Shown piece by piece: positions 25,791 to 40,706 of a stretch of DNA of 64,000 bases (the stretch's first letter is position 1; every line of letters starts with the position of its first letter). Origin of the DNA: Microthyrium microscopicum (lineage: Eukaryota). The DNA lies in contig MU004233.1 in assembly GCA_010405405.1 (NCBI GenBank), positions 2,024,539 through 2,088,538 on the forward strand, written 5' to 3'. The position numbers and the translations under genes are program-made. The notes beneath the pieces are model-generated. The model saw only the letters and a list, made by a program, of their open reading frames with translations. It ran no database searches and was not told where the DNA came from.

Positions 25791-28700
25791 ATGTCTGGCT
25801 TGGTGGAGGCGCCTTGGAGGCCGGAAGAAACAGCTACCACAACAACTACAAGTGGACGACAAACACTTTGCATCACCACCTCAAAAGCTGATGTTGTTCT
25901 CCAGAATGGTGATCAGGGGTTTCACAAGGAAGTTCTGCGGTTCTGGAGTCAGGACGAAAATAATGCGGCTGAGGCTCTAATACATCTCAAGGCCAGACTT
26001 CGGACCATTCGCAACAATGATTTCTGGACTAGTGCAACTGAAGGCTTCGCTGAGCTGCTTGGGGCGCAATACGCATTCATCAGCAAGAGATTGGATGTGT
26101 TTGATCAGAATTTGGATACTGAACTTACGGAGTCCAAGCCTGAGGACTGTCTTATGGGAATGTCCATTTACTTTAATGATGGCAGGGGATTCGAAAACAA
26201 TTCCAAAGACATCAAATACTTTGCATTCGGATCTCCTTGTGCGCATATGAGGCATAACAAGGTTTTACTCATTCCAGAAAATTTGCCCGCTGTTTGCCCA
26301 AATAATGCAAACGAACTGCCAGCAGAACCCGAATGTGAGCGCCCGCAATCTTTCCCACAGATCATCCTGCTTGTTGTTCATTGTTTGCTCCACTGCAATA
26401 CGTACTACGTATAGAAGTATATTGCGCATGATCTTACACTGTATAAACTAGATGGGTATCTTTTCAAAATGATCTTGCAAAGTACCTGCACATCAGATAT
26501 AATGAGACTAACATCTTATAGCCTATCTAGCGGTTCCATTATCGTATCTTCCACCTAACTCATCATCTGCCATCGTTTATGGACATTTCGGAGTCATGTG
26601 GACGCCACAAGGCAATGCGGAAAGGAAGCTGAGCTATTCTTGTATAGAAAATATTCTCCATAGTCTGGAAGATCTTATAGCATCACGTTTCGAAGAGTTA
26701 GGCTACTTGGATGACTTGAAGCATCGCAAGGTGCAGAGAGTACAGATGGCAACTCCACCAGCTTCCACTCGCGATACAGCTAGTCTTCATAATCCTGTGG
26801 CTGCAGCTCTCTCACTAAAACCTTTTGCTCGAAGCTTGAGCCATGAACTTCGGACTCCAATGCAAGGCGTTATTGGAATGCTCGATCTCATGCATGCCAG
26901 AGTGCAAGAAGCGACGGAAGATTTTGTCGATCCCAGAGTCGCAGCTATATTTCAAGATCTACGCGAGAACATTGAAATAGTCCAGGACAGCGCACGAAGA
27001 GCAGTTGAAGCTGCCGACAACGTTGTCCATGCTTACGACATGAACATGACGGTTCCTGAAGCCTCAATGAACGAAAATGACGAGGAAATCTACTCACCAC
27101 ACCTTGGAAGCGAGACTTCCTCACAACCAACTCCGAGTGGTAATATTGCCACACGAGGCCACAAACGCAATCGATCCAGTCTAGATGTTATTCTGGATAA
27201 GCCATCCAAGATTCAGCGAGTGCAATCTAGTGCCCAACTCTTGAGAGACAGCACAAACAGCTCAACCGCTACCTTGGAACAGTCTTTGACCCCTGGATTC
27301 GGTACTCCGCAGTTAGAAGGATCACCAAGTGGTTCCGTGTCAGGTGAACGTCACATAGCACCCGGTGTGAGGCAAACTGTAATCACTGACATGCTTCAAA
27401 ATCTGTTCACGGACGCTCTGAAGGTTGGCGGAAGACCAGAATCTGCTATTGCTCAGCCGATCGAAGGTGGTGAAGAAATTGAGGTTCGGCAAAGAAGCGC
27501 AAGTGGAGAAGAAAAGGTCAAATTGGTCAGATGGACTATTGATCCGGCAGTTCCTGATACCATCTTAATTGATGAACGAGATCTGACTGGTCTTCTCTCT
27601 CGAGTTCTTCACAACGCTTTCAAGTTCACGGAATCCGGTCACATTACAACCACTATCAGATTGAGTCCAAAGGGCAAATACATCATAATTAATGTCGCAG
27701 ATACAGGCACTGGAATTCCCGATGCGTTCAAGCCATATCTTTTTAGAGCATTCTCCAAAGAGGATGATAGCATCACGAGGCAAAGCGAGGGTCTTGGACT
27801 TGGATTAATGGTTGCAAAAGGTCTTGCAAGGAGGCTCAACGGAGATCTCTATAACGTCAGATCAGAAATCAGTGGTCCAAACAGAGGGACAGAGTTTGAA
27901 ATGAAGATTCCTCTTACGCCGGGAGATGTGGTCAGTAGGCCAAGCACACCTTTTGGATCAAGATCACCTTCATCAAATGCACGCTCTGTGGACCCAGAAC
28001 TCCCGGTTCCTAATGGTCTTTCCAATCAAAACCTTAAATCGCCACAGCCACGTAAATCCTCGACAGTCCGACATGCTCGTAGTAACAGCTTGCTTTCAAG
28101 AGTTGCTCCAAATCCTGGATACACTCCATCTACCCACCCTATCATTCCTCACACTCATCCAGCGAATAGTCGTCCTCTATACATTTCCACAGCCAACGCG
28201 CCGACTCCACCCTCTCCACTATCCACACCAAGGATTCCCGAAATTCTCAATCTTGAGCCGTGTCCAACCCAGCCAGTTCAGCCAAGATTACCAAAACGTC
28301 ACGCAAAACGCAAGCTGGCCCACAATCTTCCTCTTTCATTTCTCGTGGTGGAAGACAATCATGTCCTGCGCAAGGTCCTTGTCCAGATGCTCCGCAACTT
28401 TGGCTATGCCCACGTCCACACAGCCTACGATGGCGCTGATGCCATCCGCCAAATGGAGCTACACCACAAACGCGTACTTTCCGGCGAAGCACTCTACGAG
28501 ATTGACGTGGTTCTTATGGACCTGTGGATGCCAACCATGACTGGATATCAGGCAGCAGAATACATTCTCAAACATTCGGCAGAGAATATGCCACTACACG
28601 ATGCCAAGTCGCTAGGTGGTTGGAAGACGCCGGTCATTATGGCAGTAACAGCAGACATGACCGACGAAGCTATTGTCAACGTCTCCAAAGCTGGCATGAG

Positions 28701-28803
28701 GGGACCGTTGATGAAGCCATACACGATCCTCGACCTTGAGCGCACACTCTGGGAGCTCTGTGCGCCAACGGTTGCTATCACTACGACGTCAGTGGGCGCG
28801 TAA
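25791..28803 (+). CDS. Hybrid sensor histidine kinase/response regulator (GAF-like N-terminus, HisKA, HATPase, receiver)
   Basis: H-box SHELRTPMQG, N-box NAFKFT, G1 DTGTGI, G2 GLGLGL, receiver VVEDN..MDLWMP..VTAD..KP; intron 26335-26521 joins the N-terminal exon in frame. Confidence 0.93.
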
Positions 28804-29751
28804 ACCATCTAGCAACACATATTTTCGGCAATCTAGATGCATTTTCAAACACTTGTTTTCACGAAGATGCCTGTTGACAGGCAACGATTTTTCTTTTCCA
28901 AAATGAGTGTTTGCCACACCATTTATATCGCGCATTTGGGCATGGCTAGTCCAGAATGGTGTTTTTCTTCACAGATAGAAGAGACTTCACAGTCACTTTG
29001 GGGTATTATGGTTTACAAGCATTATGGCATAGCAATGGGTGTTTTCATGTATTATTCGCATTAAACGACTTTGATATCCCGACATGTATTTGATGTAGAA
29101 TGCTGGCACAAAAGGGAGGCATGCATATGGAGATATATGAGGAGATTATAGCTGGGTACTCATATATATTACATACTATTGAACTAGTAATAGATGGTCA
29201 ATCATTTCAAGTTTATATCCTACTTTGTTATGATGATATGTCTCTTGAACTAATGAGTGAAATAGACAATATTCAGCCAGTGCTAATGGGCTCTTAGACG
29301 GTGAGACTAATGCTTGTGGATTCGTATCAGTATAGCGTCCAATGCTTTTCCCAGAAGAACAGACATGTCCGCAGACATCTAGGATCCTCCTTGCTCGAGG
29401 CTAGATACTGTATATGCTTTTTTCTTGAATGATTGGCATATGATGGAAGAGATGGAAGAGAATTTGATGGTGACGTGGTGAGCTTCTTCCTCATCACGAT
29501 TGCCCCGCGACAACAGTGGGGTGTTTGGTGGGGCAATTCAACTCAACTTTTGATCTTAAGGTTGGTTCTCTGAAGAATAAGAGCTTGGGCATCGCCAGCT
29601 CCGATTGAACTTCGTTCTTCTTCCGACACGATAATAATTAATCCTCCGTCATCTCCCGTCTTCCTTCAACTTGTCAACCGAAGTGCTTTTCCGAACTTCA
29701 TCGTCTACTTCAATTGTCCCTTCTACCTTCCACAATCACACATACATCTAG

Positions 29752-31365
<1,614 letters not shown>

Positions 31366-32262
31366 AGAAAAATCCATTGAAGGCATCCGAATACCCCATC
31401 GAAAGAGTGTATGGCCAGTAGATTGAACAAGAAAAGATGACTGGTTACGATTATGATGGAAAATTGCCATTTCGAACTGCGTAAGTAGAAAATCCAAGTG
31501 TATTTGCAATATCAAACGCTTCACGTCTACAGTACTAGCGAATGGAATGTTAAGCGCGATTTGAAAGGTTGTTCTGCCGTTGTCTGGATTCTGGAACTAA
31601 CTCCATTTCGCGCCCAGCTCGAAAGGGGTATACACTGACAAAGAGTTTCCAGTCACTGACGCGCCAAATGCTTTCCATAATCGTATAGGCAAAACTGTTC
31701 AAGAAGAAGATACATCAAAAGCTTCCGCAACGAACCTGAGAATTGGGAAATCTCAATTTCTCGATGTGCCCAAAATTCTAACCTACTGCTTACCACACGT
31801 TGCTACGCTTTACCCCCAAGATGCTTCCGCTTTCAATCAGCGATCTTAATCTAATTGACCAATTGTTATCCAGACCTATTATTTGCGGCCCAGGATACAC
31901 TCGCGAAGCATTCCAAAACCTTAATTCTAATTTGTGTCCATCCGAGCGTGTTTACATTCCTTCTCCTGTCACTCCATTCCGAGTCAAGATCAACCACGCT
32001 CCCCTGAGCACGATGTAAAAGGAGAAATCCCACTGCGAGCACCATGTTTGTTTCTTCTCCTGCCGTCCTGTGCTTTCTCACGATCAATTTGACTTTTCCC
32101 ATCTGTCCAGTCCTTCGCTTGTCCAACAACACTCGTTACAGCTTGGTCCACAACAATCTTTCGCGTTTTCCAGTCCTATCAGTCGCTCATTCAAACCAGT
32201 TCCCAGCTTCTTCTCAAACCTATAATAATAACTAATATCAACAACCTCACCCACAACACACC

Positions 32263-33205
32263 ATGAAATTCTCAAACACCATCGCCGTCCTAGCCGGCGC
32301 AACCCTCATCTCCGCCCAATCTTCCCGTACCATACCCCCCCTCCCCTAGGAACCCCATATCCCACACACACTGACCAGAGCCCATAGCATCATACACAAC
32401 AGTGTATTCGTACGCCACAGCCCCGTGCACCGAAACAATCGGCACCGACACCGTAACCTCCACCATCGTCGTCCAAACCTGCCCCGCCTGCACCGCCCAC
32501 CCAACCACCACGGTCTACACGACCGAATACGTGTCCGACTGCTCCTCCGGCGCCGTGACAAACACGTACACTGTCACAGAGACTTGTGACGCGGGCTGCC
32601 AGAACACGCGCAGTGGCTGGGTTCCGCCGGGCTTTACGGTTACTACGACGGGGACTTTGACGCAGACTGTGCCGTGTGCTTGTACGCATAGCGGGTATGT
32701 TAATGGCGGTGGCAATGGCGGGAACGGAGGCAATGGTGGGGATGGGAATGGTGGTGGTGATGGGGGTGATGGTGGGAACGGCGGTAATGGTGGGAATGGT
32801 GGGGATGGTGGGCCAAGTGATCCTTCGGACCCTGGCACCGGTAACCGCGGTGGTGATGGAGGTGATGGTGGAGACGGAGGGAATGGCGGCAACGGAGGGA
32901 ATGGCAGTGGTTCCACCCCAGGAGGCAGCGGTGGTGACGGCGGCAATGGAGGCAACGGAGGCAATGGTGGTAATGGCAGCGGTTCAACTGGCGGTGGAGA
33001 CGGCGGCAACGGTGGTAATGGAGGTAATGGCGGCAATGGAGGAAATGGCGGTGCTGGCTCGACGACAATGCAGACTGGTGGGCCGACGGCTACTACGAGC
33101 CATACTACCGTTGCGCCGTATACGGGTGCTGCGTCGCCGCTGGCTACTGTTGCGGCGGAAGCGTTTGTGGGTATTGTCGCTGCGATGGGTGTGTTTTTGT
33201 TGTAG
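32263..33205 (+). CDS. GPI-anchored cell surface protein with Cys/Thr-rich domain and Gly-rich GGN/GGD repeats
   Basis: Signal MKFSNTIAVLAGATLISA; intron 32327-32387; TCPACT..VPPGFTVTT domain; (GGN/GGD)n tract; YTGAA omega region plus hydrophobic tail. Confidence 0.88.
32700..33056 (+). repeat. Coding 9-nt minisatellite (GGN GGN AAY/GAY) encoding GGN/GGD triplets
   Basis: Tandem ggcggcaat/ggtggtgat-like units in several blocks separated by short spacers. Confidence 0.85.
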
Positions 33206-34076
33206 GCTTTGATTTTGATATGTATTCTATGTTTTGGGTTTCAGGGGTAAGCTAAATCATCCTTTTGTCACTGCAGGTTTATATGAGTTATGAAATTAAT
33301 ATTTGTTAGTTTTTAGGTTTCACTTATGGATTGAAGCCAAAGTTTCAGTAATCTTTTTCCACATAGAGCATAATCTTGTTGCGCTGTTATGTTCTGGCTG
33401 GTTGACGGGGTGCTTGTCAGTAGAGTGTGTGGCAGGTAATCTTACGAAGTCAGTTTTTACTGTAGTATTTCATAGGCATATTCCATGATTAATTGATTCC
33501 CATTCTTATGAGCTCGTGTTGATATCGTTACCCTGTAGAAGTGCTTAACGCGGCAATGATATTGTTGACTACGACGCGGGTGTTTGTTGGCTCTCCGAAT
33601 CGAACCCCTTACAGAAGAATGTTGCCAGACGCGCTGCCCAAGAAAGGATAGAACGTGCCACCGGCTTCAATCTATCACCCATCCTCATGCTCTCTTTCGA
33701 ACTCGTCCTCAGCTATGTTCCATAGCCCACACGAAATCTTCTATTCAGACCCATGGTCGTCGTGAGTAGATGATCAATTACCGATGCCACTTGTATCCGG
33801 CAGCGTAGGACAACGGGTCGGCAAAATAACTGGCGCGCTCCCATCAACCTTGATGGCTCCCAGATGCTACGCTCATTTATCGAGTGCTCTATTTGCCATA
33901 GAGGTTGTTCAAAATAGAACAATTTATCGAATACAATGGGAATTATAGCACTTTTTGCTTAAGAGCTTGGTAGCAGCCATCAGAGTTCATGGGAGAAGGC
34001 CATTTATTTTGCCATGCCGTTGGTAGGAGTAGTAGCGGTATCATCGGCGAGTGGAGGTTAATTCGACTGGGTGGCA

Positions 34077-35684
34077 TCAGCCAGCAGATGAGTCCGAATA
34101 ATACCTAGATTCTTGCGAAAAGTCTGCTGCTCTTTCCCGCATCATCTCAAAATCCCGTCGTGCTAGTGTTACCTCCGAAGTGATCTTGAATCGGCCGATT
34201 TCCTCGAAATGAGCCTTGACCTCATCGATCACATCCCAAGGATATTCCAGGCCAAGTATTTCTTTTGGAGAATCGTATGAGTCCAGCATTGCTCGCTCTG
34301 GATCTGAACATGGAGTGATATGAAATTTGATGTGTCGTAAGGCGGGATGATGGTTTAATAGAGATAGTTTCTTGATCAACCTAGCTAATGTAAGTTTTCA
34401 AAGTGTCACTGGGTACTAGAGTAGGCTAGGAGGCGACGTTTCCCCATGAACTACGATCGCCACCATTGTGTCTTGCAGAACATCGACTGCAATGGGAGCC
34501 AGCGAAGTGGATGGGAATATGTCGCCTACCGACCCGTAGGATATCAAGGAAGCTTTCTGCCAGAATATGACCTACCCGTCAGCTTGAGACCATTTCTTAA
34601 CGGCAGCGTAAAATTTATTCAGTCGAAAGAATTCGACAATCATTGTATTGATCATTGGGCCCAACAAGTATGGCTTCCCTGATTCAGCTGCGTCGAATAT
34701 GTCCCAAAGGAAGTCGCTGCTTATGTGTAGTTCTTGAAGATGCGGTACCATGGCTGAAAGTGGGCGTTTGGTACTGACGAAAGCCCGCCAATACGTTATG
34801 TTCCTAATCTGTCGAGCTACTACTCCCATCTGTTCAAGAAACCCTGCTTCGTCAACTTTGAGTATTTCGAGGGTAGAACTGAGCGCTGATGTAGTACTTT
34901 CGAGCACGTCCCAGTTGAAAATCGTACCGGCTCCGAAGTGAGCATATTTGAGCTGTGTAGGAATAGCCAGGAGTTGGAACAAATTGTCTGGGCAAAGCGA
35001 TTCGATATCAGAGTCTTTGGTCCAGTGGAGGTGGCGAACATGCGGCATGGAAGATAACACGGCAGCTATCAAGTCGGAGACGCCAGGCGTTTCCAGGGGC
35101 CAATCGGTGTGAATTTCCAAGTGCTTGACACTACCTATATGTGCACCCAACTTTGTGGATATGTTGGTGAGGTAGGATTGGGAGTACTGTGAGAGTGATA
35201 GTCTCTGAACTCGCAATCTGACAGACTGACAGAAGCCCCAGGCATCAGCAGGAAAGAGTTCGCGGTTCCTACGTCTTTTGATCTCCAAGCTCACTGATCC
35301 TGTATTTAACGCTTGGTATACGAGATCGAGGTGATAGAAAAGTAGCGGACGAGAGATTTCTCGAAGACGATGACATGATGACACCAGACCTCGGACGGTT
35401 GAGAGTCTAGGACCATTGAATCCACAGGAGTATTGTTCGAAGCAAGCTAGGTTGACCACTTCGATGAGAAGTTCATTTGGGAGTTTGAGGATGTGGCATT
35501 GAGAGACGTTGCCGCTGGGAAATATAGTGGACTGTCTGAATGTAGTGATCTCTTGGGTCGTAGCGCTCGCTTTGGATGGTTGAGAAGGCGTTGGGGTGAG
35601 TTGATGAACACCGGTGAGACACTGGTGTAGGGAACGCGGAACGACGATGAAATCGATAGGCAACTCGAAGTTGGCGTCTGCCAT
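34077..35684 (-). CDS. F-box domain protein (F-box plus LRR-like region); 3' exon structure uncertain
   Basis: ATG 35684; F-box CHILKLPNELLIEVVNLAC...LVSSCHRLREISRPLLF; LxxL repeats (VKHLEI, VRHLHW, LEILKV, LQELHI). The downstream frame 34077-34379 (LRHIKFHI) is probably the last exon. Confidence 0.7.
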
Positions 35685-35806
35685 GATGAGTGGGGTGATG
35701 AGGGTGAACAGAAGACTGTGAGCGAGAGATGTAAAAATGAAGTTGAAGTTGAGCTCTACTCGTCGCTCCTGCCTTGCTCTTGCTCTCAGGTGCTGGCAAC
35801 CGGTGG

Positions 35807-35998
35807 ACAAAATAAATGGCGTACTCCCATCAACTCTGATGACTACCACCAGCGCTGCTAACCAAAAGGTGCTTCAATTCCCATCGTATCTAATAATGTT
35901 CCCAATCCGAAAGCCCTTTATGGCAAATAAAGCACTCAATAATAGAGCGTAGCGTCTATACGCCATCAGAGTTGATGGGAGTACGCCATTTTATTTGT
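35807..35998. repeat. Inverted repeat / MITE-like element (37-bp arms, 28-bp perfect core)
   Basis: acaaaataaatggcgtactcccatcaactctgatgac (35807-35843) versus gccatcagagttgatgggagtacgccattttatttgt (35962-35998); AT-rich spacer. Confidence 0.8.
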
Positions 35999-36677
35999 TA
36001 TGCAGTTGGCTGCCATCCGCTACGTTCTTCTGTCAATGATTACCTGAAACCCAATCGAATAAGTAGACATGCTTGCAGCGGGACGTCGAATTCAGTGGAG
36101 TTGGGTAAAAGTTTCCTGATGAAACCGTACATCTCTTGACGACATCTGATAATCCCGAAAACACCATTTCTTTTATAGCACTCGATGGCTACCACAGGAT
36201 GCGTTTCTAATCGAGTGCTATGGTTCCCACCGACTGCGATGGGTATCTTACGATTTTACCAGATGGTCTGTACAGGTGTGTTGGCTCTATATGATGGAAC
36301 CTTTTATTGATAAATTCCTGAAGTACGTTATTTATAAGGTGCGGTGGTAGACATCGCACTCGATGGCATGGTGCCAATAATTTGTCGACCCGCCGTGAGG
36401 TCTTCGGGTGTCACTTTTGTCATTTGGCGCGAACTTCCATATCCACGTTTATGTGTTTGTCGACATGCCAAAGGTTCATGGGCGGGTCTCCTGTAGCTGT
36501 TCTTGCTATTCATTATCGAGTGGAGGAATTGAATGGCCTAACCCAACCAACAGGCAAGTAGTATTGACAATACGTTCTTCCCATTTCAAGAACCGTGGTC
36601 TGATTCCCCAAATCTTCATGCTGAATTGGAAGACCCGTGTGCAGCAGTAGACTGCAAGTAACAGAAACTCTTGCAAG

Positions 36678-37436
36678 CTATGAGCTTTGTTTTCGTTGTA
36701 AGTTCTCAATCGCCATAAGCGTGCCACGAATGATCAACTTATGTTCCACACTATGGATCTTTTCTTGCAAAGCTTCCACAGTATCATCATCAGGATGTAC
36801 CAGCGGAATCGGCTCTTCAACCAAAAGCTCGCCTCGATCAACTTGAGCAATAACCTAATTTCAGTCAGTATCAGCCCAAGACAACACCCAATGAAAGCAT
36901 ACATAATGTATCATCACCCCCGTCTCCGTAATCTCCCCATCCATGAAAGCCTTATGCGCCTTCTCAATCGCCCTATACACCATTAGCCTTCACATCCATA
37001 CCACACCACAGAACAGAACTCACCCAGCGCCATCAAACATCCCCCACTTCGCCGGATGCAAGTTAATAATATCCACACCCTTCTCCGCCAACGGCTCCAA
37101 AAACTGCGGACTCAATATATGCATAAACCCAGCACACACCACCAAATTTGGCGCATCTTTCAGTACCAATGCCGCCAAATCTGCATCATATGCCTGGCGC
37201 GCGGCCGTTTCATCCTTGGGCTCATACTTTTTTCTGTAGGCGACGATGTTGTGGTACGCAGTTGGGATGTTTGCGGTTTTGGCGCGTTCGAGGCCATATG
37301 CGGCTTTTTTGTTGGATATTACGCGGACTATGCGCGCGGGGGAAAGGGTGGTGGGTTGGGCGTCGATGAGGGCTTGGAGATTGGTGCCGTTGCCGGATAT
37401 TAGGACGGTTATGCGGGTGGGTGTTGGGAAGGACAT
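36678..37436 (-). CDS. ADE8: Phosphoribosylglycinamide formyltransferase
   Basis: ITVLISGNGTNLQALID, VVCAGFMHILS, INLHPA, then spliced AIEKAH..TGVMIHY/VIAQVDRG..IHSVEHKLI; two introns. Confidence 0.96.
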
Positions 37437-37671
37437 TTTTGGTGTTTGTGGGGTTGGAAAATGTTTGGTGGTGAGGTTTTTATGGGGTGAAGTTGGGGAG
37501 CTCTGGATAGCTCATACGGTAGAGTATTCTTGAGCTAACCATGGTACAACTTACCAGGGTATATTTAATTCTTCCAAAGGCAATATAATATCAAACGAAG
37601 AGCTTCATTTTGGAAAGCAATGAGGCGATGCTTTTGGAAGCTCTGTCATCATTTGAGGTAAAGAACTCCGC

Positions 37672-38704
37672 CTATTTCTGATCACAGCCTTCAGTCAACC
37701 CATAGCCACAAGCATTCCTATACAACCTCAACGGAACATTCAACGCATTCACATCCTTGATATCCTGCTCCGTCAACTTACACTGTTCCAGCGTAGCAAT
37801 ATTCTCCTTCTGATGCTCGACTCTTGCAGCCTTTGGAATAACCACCACACCTCTCGCCAAATTCCATGCCAACACGACCTGCGCTGGTGTACATCCGCGC
37901 GCCTGCACAATCTTCTGGATAGTCGGCGTGTTGATAACGATGGGTGCGCGACCAGATGCCTTGTCAGAGACGGCGAGGTTATGGACGGGATTGGTGTTGG
38001 CTAGTGGCGCGTAGCCGGTGACGGTCAAGTTATGCTTGAAGTTTGTCTGCACCCAGTCGGATTGCTGGAGATAGGGGTGGAGCTCGAATTGATGAAGATA
38101 GGGTTTTATGGTTGCTTCTTTGAGGACTTCTTCGACTTGGGCTGGGGAATGGTTTGAGATACCGATGAAGCGCGTTCCGTTGACTGGGCGGACAAGTTTC
38201 TCCATTTCTTTCCATACGGTTGCGTAGTCGTAGACGTATTTGCCTGTCGTATTTCCCATGGGCCAGTGGACGAGGAAGAGATCTAGGTAGTCGAGACCGA
38301 GTTCTTGGAGGGTTTCTTTGATCGCAAAGTCTTCTTTTCCGTGGCTATTGATGATTTGTTAGCCCGTATTCTCATCTCGCTGATGTAAGAGCATACCGGT
38401 CGCCTCCAAGCTTGCTGGTGATCCACAAGTCACTTCTTGCCAAACCTGTGCGCTTCAGCCCTTCCTTGATTCCTAGGCCAACTTCCTTCTGATTTCCGTA
38501 CGCAAATGCGGCATCGATGTGTCGGTATCCATTCTCGATTGCAGCAGCAACAACCTCCGTCGCATTCTTCACACGCGCAGTACCCAGTCCAATTCGAGGG
38601 ATCGCCGTCAATGTTGTGCCTTTTGGTGGAGTCGGGACCATAGAATGCTGTGCACTGGCAGAGGTCGCAGCAACCGCGAGTAAAGCGAAAGTAGAATACA
38701 TCAT
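37672..38704 (-). CDS. Aldo-keto reductase family protein with N-terminal signal peptide
   Basis: IPRIGLGT, GYRHIDAAFAYGNQ, LWITSKL, LDYLDLFLVHWP, IGISN, ELHPYLQQ, TPAQVVLAW, VIPK..EN; intron 38345-38396; N-terminus MMYSTFALLAVAATSASA. Confidence 0.93.
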
Positions 38705-39302
38705 CCTGATCTGTCCTATAAGATAGCGAAAGAGAAAAGAAAGGCAACACGTTCCAGCAGATATATGCTTGGCGCACGTTGGTTTTAAGTCAGGAAGTAT
38801 AGTAAATAATTATAAAGTAGGACCGGATACCTGGACCAGTTCGTCATAAAGGGCAGGGACGGTAAGTCTGATAAAGGACTTGATTTTGTGGTGATCAGGA
38901 ACGCGGTCTCCGGTAAATAGGCGATTAGATGGTTGATCTGCAGTAATTGGTGGGACGCTATTAGGAGATAATATCTATATTGGAGATTGAAAGATATATC
39001 ATATGAGTTTTGTATGATTTGTGAAGATCATGATCGGGAATAGGACATGTCGTATTTGCGGAAATGGTGCCTGAAAGGTATTTTCGGCATTATTTGACAT
39101 GGCGTAGAGTACTTGCTCATACATAAGTCTATTCTTGGCATGTTAATCAATTGTTGAGCAGTTCTTCGATTAGCTTCAGTGAAGATATTGAAAACAGTAG
39201 GGCCGTGAGTTTTGCACGTGCTTTTCGACATGCCCAAGATTCTCAAGATGTTGTATTTTGTCAAGAGAACACCCGGAGATGCTCAAATGTGGATTTCGTT
39301 GT

Positions 39303-40706
39303 CTAATCGTCATCTATCTTAGTATTCGGCATGTCGCCGAGGAGTATATCATCAGGTGCAGGGCCACGATGGGTGCGAACTGTGTCTTGTTAGCTTCCTC
39401 GTATGCGAAAACGACCGCGGAACTCACCCCATTCAGTCTCGACTCTGAAAAAGACCCAAACCCAACGCCGAAACACCTCAAGCAATTCGAGTAGGAAGAT
39501 GCCGCCCTCCATATCATTAAATCTATCAAGATGTACGGACAGCTTGATACTCCAAGTAAATCGAAGGAGAAGATCTAGTACAATCACAAAATAGTACAGC
39601 TCCTTCACTTCAAAGTATCGATGATAACGAAGGCCCAATGGATGTTCGGGGTCTTTGTATCGCGCGGAAAATAGGGTAAGATCCCAATCCTTGGCCACGT
39701 CCCAGTAGAACGAGTAGGCGGAGTTGATGACAACAAAGAACAACCTAGAGCAATTAGAATCGCCGTGTGTCGAGACTTGCTTGGAGCTTACCAAAGACGA
39801 AAAACAGTTGTACTCCCCTCATGACTTCGTTGAATCGCACTCATTATGATGACCGGAAAAGCGCTTGCATATTTTACAGCGTTGGCCATATGATTCCAGG
39901 CGGCAACATCATCAGAGTTGTTACCTGGCTTCCAATTTCTCCTACGAACTCTTGAATACTCGATCAAGCATTGTCGAAACCGTATCAAGCTTGGAATAGC
40001 CAATATGATAGGCACGATAAAGGAGCCTCCGCAACTCCGATCTGGATGGCCAGTAGATGATTTTCCTCTAGAAAAAAACAAGCACAGCGACACAAATAAA
40101 TCTCCAATAACTTTGGCGTAGCTGGTCAGCGCATCCGCCATCAATATGTCGCCGAATTTTCCATCTTGCGCTTCTGCAATCCCACCAACGCTGATCCTTT
40201 TCAATGTTGTGAGAAATCGTTGGCGCCCGGACCCCGAAATGATGTGAAAGGGAAGGCAAAAACAGACGACGAGAATGAGGAGGTATAGGTTGGGTATTAT
40301 TTCCCACGATCGTACGGCTTCGGGATTTCCTCGTGTAACAGCCCAGAAAAGGAGTAAGAGTGCCGCCAAGGGGGTGGTAAGGAGCGAGGCAAGTCGATAG
40401 CAAGAGAGGTATATTGGCGGAGCAGAATTGGTGTTTCGCGATGGGTATCGTATTAGAGAAGGGACATCCTACAGAGATTAGAGATTGCGACAACTTGTTG
40501 TCCATTGATAATCATACAATGTTCATCAGATGCAGATAATGAAGGTTCACGCCCCAGGCCCATACTCCTATTGATTTGTTAGTATGATATAAGAACTCTT
40601 GGATGGTCTAATTACCAAGTACAATGATCAAAGCAACGCGATACGGTAAAGGAAGGTATAGACTGAATGAGTCCAATTCTGGCTCAACAGATGGATCGCC
40701 ATCCAT
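39303..40706 (-). CDS. ERD1: EXS-family Golgi membrane protein Erd1
   Basis: MDGDPSVEPELDSFSLYLPLPYRVALII, KFGDILMADALTSYAKV, IRFRQCL, NAVKYASAFPVI, YSFYWDVAKDWDL, LEVFRRWVWVFFRVETEW; four introns. Confidence 0.92.

Noticed and set aside
26452..26455. Possible 4-nt microexon or stwintron (tag|ATGG|gtatc) inside the kinase intron
   Set aside because: Inclusion breaks the frame; the simple intron already gives PESYLAVPL in frame.
32515..33068. Pro-rich and His-rich minus-strand ORFs
   Set aside because: Antisense shadows of the GGN/GGD repeat in the GPI gene.
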